A DNA stretch of 64,000 nt. Source: Takakia lepidozioides. Lineage: Eukaryota; Plantae; Bryophyta. The stretch lies in the NCBI GenBank assembly GCA_030704615.1, contig CM060733.1, forward strand, positions 22,258,001-22,322,000. Reading direction: 5' to 3'. Of this stretch, positions 37,740 through 49,587 are shown piece after piece. Within the stretch, counting starts at the first letter, position 1. Every line of letters begins with the position of its first letter. The translations under genes were made by a program, and so were the position numbers. A model generated the notes under the pieces. It ran no database searches. It worked only from the letters and a program-made list of their open reading frames with translations, and had not been told where the DNA came from.

Positions 37740-40446
37740 GTGGTATCATCGACAGCTCCAACTCATCGCATGTTTGAATCGCCCAACTTGGGGCGAGAGG
37801 GCAAACTTAAACCTTTTGTTGGTGGACGGGAGGACTTGCAACGAGAGTACGACAGAATAGGCATTGGGGAGGTTGGTGCAGGCGGCATGGCAGGTAAAGG
37901 GCGTGAGGACATGAGGACAGCAGATCCGGCAATGGAGGTTGTTGATGCACATGCAGTAGGGCCCGCCCACGCAAAGAAAAAGAAGAAAGCTAAGCACATG
38001 CAATCCCCGGCGAGAGAGCCGTCACGGGCTGCGGAGGGGGGAGTGAGCAGTGCGCGCGAGGGTGTCAGTTTGCCTCAATCAAAGGTGGTCATCCTGGAGG
38101 GCTTCCCTACTGCTAGCCCTAGTAAGAAACAGAAAGCCCGTGAGAGGGCAAAAGAGAGGGCAAAAGAACAGATGAGACAAAATGCTAGCCAGGAGGAAAG
38201 AGAAAAGGCCACTGAAGAGGCTAGGGGTGCCCAAATGACAGATGCCAATGTAAGCGAGGGACGCACAGAGACGATGGATCCCTCCAAGACACCACAAAGA
38301 GGCAGTAACACACCGGTTAGACCATCGTGGGCAAGAGCAGCCCCTGCAATTACCCAAAACCTGGTATAGGCTGAGCGTCGACGCCATGGTGGACTACATA
38401 TTTAGGGTAAAGCTCCTGACAGTTTTGTTGAGCTAATCTGTCTATCCTCCCCCAATAGAAGAAATTGTGTTGAGCAGGATCTCTAATCTTATGTGCGCAT
38501 TCTTGACAGACGAAAATACAGCAGGATTTGGCACATGCGTGGAGGTTCTACATGGAGTCAGAGGAGAAGAATCCAACCCTCCTGGCACTCGAATCGTATG
38601 TCAAAGCTGCGGAGGTGAGGGCCCGCATAAAGTACAAGTCGCGGATGGTAAAATACGTGGCCATAGCTGATCCCGCCCTTGGTGCCGACTTTCTGGTGGA
38701 GGTGGGGAAGCACTACTCTCGCGCTCTGAAGCCCACGATGACATTGGAGAAGCTCCATCGTCTAGCCACATCCTGTGTGGATGCAACAGAAAAGGTGATA
38801 CATTCTTAACCAAATTGTGGTGGCAACAACTCCTTTTTGTGGTGTTTGACGCTTACGAATATGCTGGGTGGTTGGACAGACCCAGTGGCTCCAAATCTGG
38901 AATGGTTCCCAAAGTACCAGGGACATGTAGAGCTTCCCCAAACCGGACAAACTCTCTGACCCCACATTCGACATGTGGATGAACCGCATGACATGGTGGT
39001 TTCAGGTACTTCCCCACGCTTCGTTTGGGGCTTCTACTCTAGTAGGGGGTGGATTCATTGTATTTTTTCAGGAAAGCGATCTGATAGAGAATCTCCACAG
39101 GTGACGACGAATGCGCAAGAGCAGCTGGACACACAAGCACATCAGTTCAAGATGGAGATATCTCCTGCAGCAGAGAGCCTACGTGACTATGTGACGAGGT
39201 ACTTTCTGCTATACAAAACCAACCTATTCTTTCGGGAGATAGCAGATGCTCGCCGGAGCCACGAGTTCACCGACCACCCGAACGCGGACAAAGCAGCAAT
39301 GCGCCTTCTGTACAGGTACATACGCGCTGCATTTCTTTCAAGTCCTTGCATTTCACGATGTTAGAGGCCTCATGTGGTGTTAGGGAAAATGGCGCCAGAT
39401 TTCAAGTCAGGGCTCCAAAAATGGCTAAGTCCCTAGACTGGCTGGCCCTGAAGTGGAAATTCGGCGCCATTTTCTTGTTCTAGGCCCTATTGCCGTTCAG
39501 GGACTTGGCCATTTTCGGGCTAAGTCCCTAGACTGGCTGGCCCTGAACTGGAAATTCGGCGCCATTTTCCAGTTCCAGGCCGTATTGCCGTTCAGGGACT
39601 TAGCCATTTTCGGGCTAAGTCCCTAGGGTGGCTGGCCCTGAAGTGGAAATTCGGCGCCATTTTCCAGTTCTAGGCCCTATTGCCGTTCAGGGACTTAGCC
39701 ATTTTCGGGCTAAGTCCCTAGGGTGGGTGGCCCTGAAGTGCAAATTCGGCGCCATTTTCCAGTTCTAGGCGGAGGCATCCTCGGAGGATGAGGAAAAATC
39801 CGAGAAGGAGCAGGGGGAGGAAGTTGGGATCGAGGCCGAGGAGCCCCCGGTTTACGAGTGAGTGGTGGCATTGTAAGTTGCCTCCAGATTTCGTGAGGCA
39901 CCTCCCTCCGCTCTCTTATATCATTGAAAACCCTTTCTGGTTGTGCTGGTATTGACATTCTTGAAGTGGATTTGTTCTTACTGTAGGATGCCAAGTACTG
40001 CCGGAGGGACGTCTACACCGGAGTTCATGGGCAGGAGGAACGTGCCTTTTTTTGCCAGGGGGGATTTCATGCCTAGTCCAGAAAGGGAGTACATCCTTCT
40101 TACTTATGCTGCCCGGCTTGCTTCGGTGTCCATTAGGAGGTATTCCGAACCTAGTCGTGTACAACAGATTTTAGACGAGGCAAGCCTCAAGAAAATGAAG
40201 ATGAGGGAGGAGGCATCAGCTATTAGAGCCCGTCGGGCTCGTAGATTTGTCTTGGATTCTGCTGAGGAAAGTGGGGGAGAAGACGCAGAAGATTCCCAGG
40301 AGGTGAGGTGGACAGTCCCCCAAGGAGAGGACGGGATTTTTGAGAGGCATAGTGGAACTGATGCATCACAGAGCTCGGAGGATGAGGGGGATGAGGGGGA
40401 TGAGGAAGAAGGTGGGGCAAGTTCCTCAGAGGGTGTAGGAGAGTAG
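37740..40446 (+). pseudogene. Internally deleted remnant of the ParB-methyltransferase-like gene in B
   Basis: YRLSVDAMVDYIF, KYKSRMVKYVAIADPALGADFL...LEKLHRLATSCV, AQEQLD...NLFFREIADARRS, EEPPVYE and GEDGIFE match A-gene exons in the same order. No DGNHR or MTase motifs are found. Confidence 0.82.
39385..39770. repeat. 95-bp tandem repeat (~3.6 copies) carrying AAATTCGGCGCCATTTT
   Basis: CTAAGTCCCTAG recurs at 39425, 39520, 39615 and 39710. Confidence 0.92.
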
Positions 40447-40667
40447 TGCCCATTCCGGCTATGATAGTTAGAACACACTTGTATAGACGTGGCTTGCCAC
40501 AAAATTTGCAATAAAATGTTGCATTTCAAGTCCACTGGTGCCACATTCCAACTTCACATGACCCTATTTCCGTGCCTCCTAACCCTATTTCCGTGGACTC
40601 ACAATGGTCTGCTCATGCTTTTTTTTTTCCCGCTCATGCTCATGCCGCTCATGAAATAGCAGCCCCC

Positions 40668-41555
40668 CTTGTGGATCCTAGAAAGACAGAGGCTATTAAA
40701 GCTTCACCACCACCAAGTAACGTTGAGGGTCTAAGGAGGTTCCTTGGACAAACTACTTATTATAGAAGGTTTGTCAAACGGTATGCACAGATGGCAGCAC
40801 CATTGAGCAAGCTTTTAAAGAAGGATGCAGTGTTTACATGGACAGCTAAATGTCAGCAGACTTTTGAGGAACTTACATTGTCAATAACAACTACACCTGT
40901 GCTGATTAACCCTCACTGGCATGTAGTATTTCATGTACACTGTGATGCCTCAGGAGAAGCATTGGGAGTTGTGTTAGCCCAAAATATCAGATTCACCTGT
41001 GTACTATGCTAGCAGGTTGTTGAACAGTGCTGAAAGAAACTATAGCACCACTGAAAGAAAAGCACTGGCAATGATTTATGCAGTCAAGAAATTCAGACAT
41101 TACCTATTGGGAAGGAAGTTTATGTTTTATGTGGATCATCAGGCTTTGATTTATCTAGTGAACAAACCTTTGATAAGTGGCAGGATAGCAAGATGGTTAA
41201 TAATCTTGCACGAGTTTGAATTCAAAGTTGTTTACAAGCCTGGCCGTTTGCATCTTGTGGCAGATCACTTGTCACGCCTATCAACAAGAGAGCCCGCCAC
41301 GGGATTAGACGACCAACTACTTGATGCGAGTCTATTTGCAGTGGAGGTGCAAGGAAGTACAGATGATTGGTTAGATTGGTAGTGGCCAATCAGATACTAC
41401 CTTACTCATGGTTAGTGCCCACCCAGTTATGGGAAGGAACAAAGGAAGAGAATAGCTATCAAGGCTTTACCTTACACTATGATAGGTGGCAGATTGTATA
41501 AGCTAGGACCTGATGGAGTTCTTAAACGATGCTTGTACCACCATGAAGTAAATAG
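40668..41555 (+). pseudogene. RT connection/RNase H continuation of Gypsy element F, truncated
   Basis: LRRFLGQTTYYRRFV, HCDASG and YSTTERKALA. Colinear with 56800-57690. Confidence 0.9.
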
Positions 41556-41713
41556 TCGCAAATCGCGGTTTCGCATATTTGCAATCCCCATTGGTCGCAA
41601 ATTTGCGACGGGCTTGCAACGCCTGGGCGTCACAAATTTGAATTTTTTCCCCGCCCGAAAGGGCTATTTTACGACGCCGCGGCGTCGAAAACCCCCCCCA
41701 TTTTCCTGTAGTG
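41556..41713. mobile_element. CACTA (En/Spm) terminal fragment
   Basis: Ends in TTTTCCTGTAGTG (reverse complement CACTACAGGAAAA). Contains GTCGCAAA/TTTGCGAC subterminal-type inverted repeats. No partner end is visible. Confidence 0.7.
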
Positions 41714-41723
41714 AATTTATTAT

Positions 41724-42063
41724 TTACAATCTTGCCCTGTGTTCATCCACATTCACATGGCCAGATAGCAATTCAAACAGTTGTTGCAAGTATTGGGGAG
41801 TAATCTCTATATCTACTCCCCTCACATGTGTAACTCCTGTCTGAGGCTCAAAGTTATGAATAAATTGAATCATGAACTTCCAATGATGCAAAGACCATTC
41901 TTTGTGTAGCAGCCCTTCCAATCGCAAGTCCTTCAGCAGCTGCACCGCCTGTGGTGTAGCAATTGTTTGCTTCTGCAGAATTTTGGTGCTCTTCACCCTA
42001 ATATCCTCCATTCCCCTAATTCTCTTCATCCCAGACAAACAAGAAAGCCTTGTTTGGAATAGC
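41724..42063 (-). pseudogene. Fragment of the Gypsy 3' extra ORF
   Basis: MKRIRGMEDIRVKSTKILQKQ...ITPQYLQQLF is paralogous to 22095-22430. Confidence 0.8.
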
Positions 42064-42978
42064 TGTCAAGCGGCTTTTACTCACCCATCCCTTCGCTATC
42101 TGAGATGGAAACTCCAAGATAGAAGAGTTGGATATTTCTAAGCACTCAGCCCGCTCAGTACAATCAGTCATGACCTACAGCTAGTGAATCATGGTTGTGC
42201 TTCCCAATTGTATTCCTTCTTGCCTTCATGTTATCAATTCACCTTATCTGATACTGAAGCATCAGATTGCTTCAGTATCTACTTAATTCCAATTATTCAT
42301 GCATTCATTTCATAGCTTCACTCATGTCTCTCTACGCAGTGTGCTTGTATCGAATAAGTATCAGATTACGATTTATCAGGTACTAGGGCAATGTCAAAGT
42401 GACTCTAATCCGCCATAGAGTATCACTACAACTCTGCATGAAATAAAGCATCTACTGTTCATCTCTCCTCCTACTCCGTGCTCTCGTTCTTGCTTTCCCC
42501 TGATCTCCTCTCCTCCCTGACCAAGAAGCGCTCCCCGTGAAGTGTCCCCTCTTTCCGTTGCCGCTCCCCTTCTCTGCCCGCAAGCTGTTCTAACCACCTA
42601 ACTAATTAACCGTCATCCCTAAAGTAACACGTTCCTTCTGCAGATGTCATTCCCTCACAGTCGTTCCCTGCCAATGATAATTGTTCCCTATGTACTGTGA
42701 CAGGCTGTGTCAAGCCGTGCCGAGCTGTGACTGGCTGTGTAAGGCTGTGTCGGGCTGTGACTGTCTGTGCCGGGCTGTGTCGGCTGTGCGAAGCTATAGC
42801 GGGCTATGTCGGGCTGTGTTGGCTGTGACTGGCTGTGGCGGGCTGTGTCGGGCTGTGTCACCCCCCCCTAAGCCTGCTGCTGCCACCCCTAAGGCTCCTG
42901 TTGGTCTCAGTCTGCGCAAAATTAAGGGTACCCCACAGAACCCGTAAAAGCGTCTAAGTCCCAAGCAACCCTCTAACA
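42064..42978 (-). repeat. 3' LTR of Gypsy element G
   Basis: Reverse complement of the F-type LTR, with TG...CA ends. Adjacent to a PPT. Confidence 0.9.
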
Positions 42979-42996
42979 TTTACCCTTCCCCCTCTC
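42979..42996 (-). promoter_or_regulatory. Polypurine tract of element G
   Basis: GAGAGGGGGAAGGGTAAA lies immediately before TGTTAGAGG on the minus strand. Confidence 0.85.
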
Positions 42997-43017
42997 AAAA
43001 AGCCGTGTCCTCACGGT

Positions 43018-43616
43018 TTACTGTTTCGGATTAGCAAACCTTTGTGAGCGAGCACCTTTCTGATATTGAGAGTCTCGTGAAGGACTCCGTGTGCGAGCCC
43101 GAGTCCTGTCACTGGTTGACGGAGATGATTGAGCACTACCTGGAAATGTCAGTCCCTCCTTTGGCTGATATCGAGGTAGCCTCTCAGGCATATGAGATCC
43201 CCGTCGTTTCTTCTCTGCCATCTGAATTGCATAGTCCTCTGCCATGTCAAAAGAGTCCGCTGAAGAAACAGTAGTATCAGAATCCTCGTCCCCCCTGAGG
43301 TGTTTTAACGGTCGAACTCTAACTGGAATCCGTTAGGGCATACAATGTGGTCCCACCATGTCTGGAAGTTTAAACTGTAAAACTTGTTGTAAGCGCTGAA
43401 TGGCAAAATTGGTGAAGACCCTGAACTCCTTGTCTGTACAGGTGAGTGGTGTGCCAATGACTTGAGAACAGTGCAAGTATTTCCATGTCTCATGCCCCTT
43501 AAAGAAAATATCGTCAGGGCCGAATTTCTGTGTTGACAAATTGTTCCAGGCCGAATGAAACCATGAATGAAGTTGGGAATCCTTTTGCATCATAACTTTT
43601 GCTTCATATAGGTACA
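43018..43616 (-). pseudogene. C-terminus of the 3' extra ORF of element G
   Basis: Paralogous to 13807-14282 joined with 1-114. Confidence 0.75.
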
Positions 43617-44336
43617 TGTTAGAGGACTGTCTGGGACTTAGACACTTATACGGAATCTGTGGGGTACCCTTAATTTTTGCACAGACTGAGACCAACAGGA
43701 GCCTTAGGGGTGACAGCAGTGCACTTTGGGGGGGGTTACACAGCCCGTCACAGCCAACACAGCCAACACAGCCAGACACAGTCAACACAGCTCGTCACAG
43801 CCCGACACAGCCCATCACAGCCAACACAACCCGTCACAGCCGACACAGCCACACAGCCAGTCACAGCCCGACATAGCCAAACACAGTCGCACAGCCAGTC
43901 ACAGCCCGACACAGCCGGTCACAGGTCGTCAGAGTTTCACACAGCCAGTCACAGCTTGACACAGCTGTCACGACCATAGGGAACGGATAGCAGGACAGGG
44001 AACGATTGTGGGGAACAACACCTGCGAATGGAACATGTTAGTTCACGGACGACGGTTAGTGAGGAAAACGGTTAGAACAACGGGTAGGAAGATAAAGCTA
44101 GGAGCAAGGACTAAAAGGGGGATTATTATTTTTGGGAGCACTTCGGGGGGGGAATCACTGCTGGAAGGAGAGGAAGGAGCACTTCTGGGGGGACTTCGGA
44201 CATCACTGGGGGAAAGGAGGAGAGAGCGTATCTTTGAGCAGAAAGATGGAGAGCACGGAGTAGGAGGAGGATCTATTGATGCTTAATGAATGCAGGCAGT
44301 AGAATTGTAATGTAGAGCAGATTCGAGACTCCATGG
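43617..44336 (+). repeat. Truncated LTR of Gypsy element H
   Basis: Starts TGTTAGAGGACTGTCTGGGACTTAGAC and contains CACAGCC repeats. Cut by element C. Confidence 0.88.
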
Positions 44337-44504
44337 GGGGGCTGCTATTTCATGAGCGGCATGAGCATGAGCGGAAAAAAAAAAAGCATGAGCAGACCAT
44401 TGTAAGTCCACGGAAATAGGGTTAGGAGGCACGGAAATAGGGTCATGTGAAGTTGGAATGTGGCACCAGTGGACTTGAAATGCAACATTTTATTGATTTA
44501 CTTG

Positions 44505-45953
44505 CCGAAAATGGCTAAGTCCCAGATCTGACTAGGCCCGGAACTGGAAAAATGGCGCCGAATTTCCGATTTTGGTGCCAGTCAGATCTGGGACTTAGCC
44601 ATTTTAGGCCCCGAACTAGAACAATGGCATTTTTTTATTTTATTTTTTATTTTTTTTCGGTGCCATTTTACCAGTTCGGGGCCTTAAATGGCTAAGTCCC
44701 AGATCTGACTGGGCCCGGAACTGGAAAAAATGGCGCCGAATTTCGATTTTGGTGGCCAGCCACCCTAGGGACTTAGCCATTTTCGGCCCCGAACTGGAAA
44801 AATAGCGCCATTTTTCCGTTCCGGGGCCGAAAATGGACCCAGGGGAATGGAAAAAAAAAAAAAAAAAATGGCGCCGATTTCCGAACTGGAAAAATGCGAA
44901 TTTCCAGCCACCCTAGGGACTTAGCCATTTTCGGGGCCCGAACTGGAAAAATCGCGCCATTTTTCCAGTTCGGGGCCGAAAATGGCTAAGTCCCAGATAT
45001 GTTTAGGGGCCCGGAACTGGAAAAATGGTGTCGAATTTCCAGTTTTGCGTTCCAGCCATCGTAGGGACTTAGCCATTTTCGGGGCAGGAACGGAAATGGA
45101 AAAATGGGCGCCATTTTCCATTTGGGGCCGAAAATGGCTAAGTCCCAGATCATACTGGGCCCTGAACTGGAAAAATGGCGCCGAATTTCCGATTTTGGGT
45201 GCCAGCCAGATCTAGGACTTAGCCGTTTTCGGCCCCGAACTAGAAAAATGGCCGTTTTTTTTTTTTTTTTTTTCGGCGCCATTTTTTCTTGTTCGGGGCC
45301 TAAAATGGCTAAGTCCCAGATCTGACTGGGCCCCGAACTGGACAAATGGCGCCGAATTTCCGATTTTGGGTGCCAGTCAGATCTGGGACTTAGCGTTTTC
45401 GACCCCGAACTGGAAAAATGGCCGTTTTGTTTTTAATTTTTTTAATTTTTTTTTCGGCGCCATTTTTCCAGTTCGGGGCCTAAAATGGCTACAGTCCCAG
45501 AACTGGAAAAATGGCGCCGAATTTCCGATTTTGGGTGCCAGTCAGATCTGGGACTTAGCCGTTTCGGCCCCGAACTAGAAAAATGGCCGTTTTTTTTTTT
45601 TTTTTCGGCGCTATTTTTTCAGTTCAGGGCCTAAAATGGCTAAGTCCCAAATCTGACTGGGCCCAGAAATGACAAAAATGGCGCCGAGAACTGGACAAAT
45701 GGCGCCGAATTCCGATTTTGGGTGCCAGTCAGATCTGGGACTTAGCCGTTTTCGGCCCCAAACTGGAAAAATATCGTTTTTTTTTTTTGTTTTTTTTTTT
45801 TTCGGTGCTATTTTTTTCCAGTTCGGGGCCGAAAATGGCTAAGTCCCAGATCTGACTGGCCCCAGAAATGGAAAAATGGCGCCGAATTTCCGATTTTGGG
45901 TGCCAGTCAGATCTGGACTCAGCCGTTTTCGGCCCCGAACTGGAAAAAATTGC

Positions 45954-46005
<52 letters not shown>

Positions 46006-47439
46006 CGGTTCCATTTTTCCAGTTTGGGGGCCGAAAATGGCTAAGTCCCAGATCTGACTTGCACCAAAATCGGAAATTCGGCGCCATTTTTCCAGTCATG
46101 CAGGTAATTCAAATAGCGGATGGATGGAAATCCGGCGCCGGATTTCCATCCGCCAGGTAAGTCGGCGTGCAAAATTTCCGTCATGCAGGTAATTCGAAGA
46201 GCGGATGGATGAAAATCCGGCGCCGGATTTCCATCCATCCGCTCTTCGAATTATTACCTGCATGACTGGAAAAATGGCGCCGAATTTCCGATTTTGGGTG
46301 CGAGTCAGATCTGGGACTTAGCCGTTTTCGGCCCCCAAGTAGAAAAATGGTGTTTTTTTTTTTTTTTTTTTCGGCTCTTTTTTTCCATTTCGTTGCCGAA
46401 AATGGCTAAGTCCCAGATCTGACGCACCAAAATCGGAAATTCGGCGCCATTTTTCCAGTCATGCAGGTAATTCGAAAAGCGGATGGATGGAAATCCGGCG
46501 CCGGATTTCCATCCGCCAGGTAAGTCGGCGCGCAAAATTTCCGTCATGCAGGTAATTCGAAGAGCGGATGGATGAAAATCCGGCGCCGGATTTCCATCCA
46601 TCCGCTCTTCGAATTACCTGCATGACTGGAAAAATGGCGCCGAATTTCCGATTTGGGTGCCAGTCAGATCTGGGACTTAGCCGTTTTCGGCCCCGAACAA
46701 GAAAAATGGCGTTTTTTGTTTTTTTTTTTTTCGGCGCCATTTTTCCATTTCGGGGCCGAAAATGGCTAAGTCCCAGATCTGACGCACCAAAATCGGAAAT
46801 TCGGCGCCATTTTTCCAGTCATGCAGGTAATTCGAAAAGCGGATGGATGGAAATCCGGCGCCGGATTTCCATCCGCCAGGTAAGTCGGCGCGCAAAATTT
46901 CCGTCATGCAGGTAATTCGAAGAGCGGATGGATGAAAATCCGGCGCCGGATTTCCATCCATCCGCTCTTCGAATTACCTGCATGACTGGAAAAATGGCGC
47001 CGAATTTCCGGTTTTGGGTGCCAGTCACATCTGGGACTTAGCCGTTTTAGCCCCGAACTGGAAAAAATGGCGTTTTTTTTTTTTTTTTTTTTTTTTTCGG
47101 CGCCATTTTTCCATTTCGGGGCCGAAAATGGCTAAGTCCCAGATCTGACTTGCACCAAAATCGGAAATTCGGCGCCATTTTTCCAGTCATGCAGGTAATT
47201 CGAAGAGCGGATGGATGGAAATCCGGCGCCGGATTTCCATCCGCTAGCTAGGTCGGCGCGCGCAAATTTCCGTCATGCAGGTAATTCGAAGAGCGGATGG
47301 ATGAAAATCCGGCGCCGGATTTCCATCCATCCGCTCTGCGAATTACCTGCATGACTGGAAAAATGGCGCCGAATTTCCGATTTTGGGTGCCAGTCAGATC
47401 TGGGACTTAGCGTTTTCGGCCCCGAACTGGAAAAATGGC

Positions 47440-47484
<45 letters not shown>

Positions 47485-49320
47485 CGTCGCCATTTTTCCA
47501 TTCGGGGCCGAAAATGGCTAAGTCCCAGATCTGACGTGCACCAAAATCGGAAATTCGGCGCCATTTTTCCAGTCATGCAGGTAATTCGAAGAGCGGATGG
47601 ATGGAAATCCGGCGCCGGATTTCCATCCGCTAGCTAGGTCGGCGCGCAAAATTTCCGTCATGCAGGTAATCGAATAGCGGATGGATGGAAATCCGGTATC
47701 AGATTTCCATCCGCAAGGTTGGTCGGAGAGTGGATGGATGGAGATCCGGCACCGGATTTCCAGTCATGCAGGTAATTCGAAGAGCGGATGGATGGAAATC
47801 CGGCGCCGATTTCCATCCGCAGCTAGGTCGGCGCGCGTCATGCAGGTAATTCGAGCGGATGGATGGAAATCGGAGATTTCCATCCGCAAGGTTGGTCGGA
47901 GAGTGGATGGATGGAGATCCGGCACCTTTCCATCCTGCAGGTAAGTGGAATCCCGGATGGATGGAAATTCGGCGCCGGATTTCCATCCTGGTAATTCGAA
48001 TCCCCGGCGGATCCTGCAGGGAATGGATGGAAATTCGGCGCCGGATTTCCATCCAGCAGGTAAGTGGAATCCCGGATGATGGAAATCCGGCGCCGGATTT
48101 CCATCCCCCGGATGGATGGAAATCCGGCGCCGAATTTTCCAGCAGGTAATTCGAATCCCGGATGGATGGAAATTCCTCCGGCGGCCGAAATTTTTCCATC
48201 CAGCATCCCGGATGGATGGAAATTCGGCGCCGCATTTCCATCCAGCAGGTGGAATCCCGGATGGATCGAAATCCGGCGCCGAATTTCCATCCTGCAGGTA
48301 TTTCATCGCTGGAATTACCTTCCTGCAGGTAATTCTGAGCGAGGAATTACCTTCCTACCTTCATCCCTGCAGGAAGGTTTCATTGATCAGAATTACCTGC
48401 AGGAAGGTAATTCTCAGCGATGAAATACCTGGCGAATGGAAATTCGGCGCCGAATATCCATAATCCGACTTACCGAAATTCGGCGCCGGATTTCCATCCA
48501 TCCGGGATTCGAATTACCTGCAGGATGGATGCGGCGCCGGATTTCGATCGATCCGGGATTTCACTTACCTGCTGGATGGAAATTCGGCGCCGGATTTCCA
48601 TCCATCCGGGATTGCACTTACCTGCTGGGTGGAAATTCGGCGCCGAATTTCCATCCGGGGGATGGTCTCTGTCGGAGAGGTGCCGGCCTCTCTCCCGCTC
48701 TGTTGGATATTCGGTGCCGAATTTCCGTCCGGGGTTGAAATATGACGGCCAGGTGCCGACCTCTCCCCCCTCCCGACCGCATTGGAACGGCCCCGGATTG
48801 AAATTCGGCGCCGTTTTCCCATCTGGGGAGGTTTTTATGTCGGCCAGTTTTCGGTCTGACACCCCGACAAGACTTCCTTGGGGGGCCCGGATGGAAATTC
48901 GGCGCCGAATCTCCATCCAGGGGATGCTCTCTGTCGAACACGTGCCGACCTCTACGCCCGAGGCGACTTCATCCGGGCCCCCTGTTCGATATTCGGTGCC
49001 GAATTTCCGTCGGGGGTTGAAATGTGACGGCCAAGTGCGGGCACTCCCCCCTCCCGACTGCATCCGAACCGCCCGGATGGAAATTCGGCGCCGTTTTTCC
49101 ATCTGGGGATGTTTTTATGCCGCCAGTTTTCGGCCTGACCCCCCGACACGACTCCCTTTGGGGGGCCGGATGGAAATTCGGCGCCGAATCTCCATCCAGG
49201 GGATTCTCTGTCGCACACACCGGCCTCTGCGCCCGAGGCGACTTCATCCGGGCTTCCCTGTTGGATATTTGGGTGCCGAATTTCCATTCGGGGGTAGTAA
49301 TGTGACGGCACGGTGCCGGC
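44505..49320. repeat. Expanded palindromic tandem array in C (~360-385-bp units with poly-T at 46030-47700)
   Basis: Unit marker GCACCAAAATCGGAAATTCGGCGCC at ~46061, 46423, 46783, 47152 and 47538. Many GGCGCC-centred palindromes. Confidence 0.93.
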
Positions 49321-49587
49321 TTCTCCCTTCAGCCGTCATCATCCGGACGGCCCCCACTTTCTGACTGCATACCGTTGGCAGTTATTGCGCAAAGACCAGG
49401 GGCCGCATTCCGGAGACAAGGTTCATTAACACTCTGACTGTGGATTTTTGAGATAGTTGGCTCCCTGGATTTGGATCAGGCTTCGTCGCTCGGACAAATC
49501 GGCATCGCATTCATTCCCATCGCTGCACCCCTTCTACCAGGGAGCTTCCCCGCACGCCATCCTGGCAGTCTTGTGTGCACATCTCCC

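Larger units (their letters stand above)
30388..40667. mobile_element. MULE-like DNA transposon, element B (~10.3 kb), inserted in the RT of F
   Basis: TIRs GATGTTAGCTATTTCATGAGC / GCTCATGAAATAGCAGCCCCC. 8-bp TSD CTTGTGGA (30380-30387, 40668-40675). Empty site CTTCTTGTGGATCCCAGG at ~56800. Confidence 0.93.
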
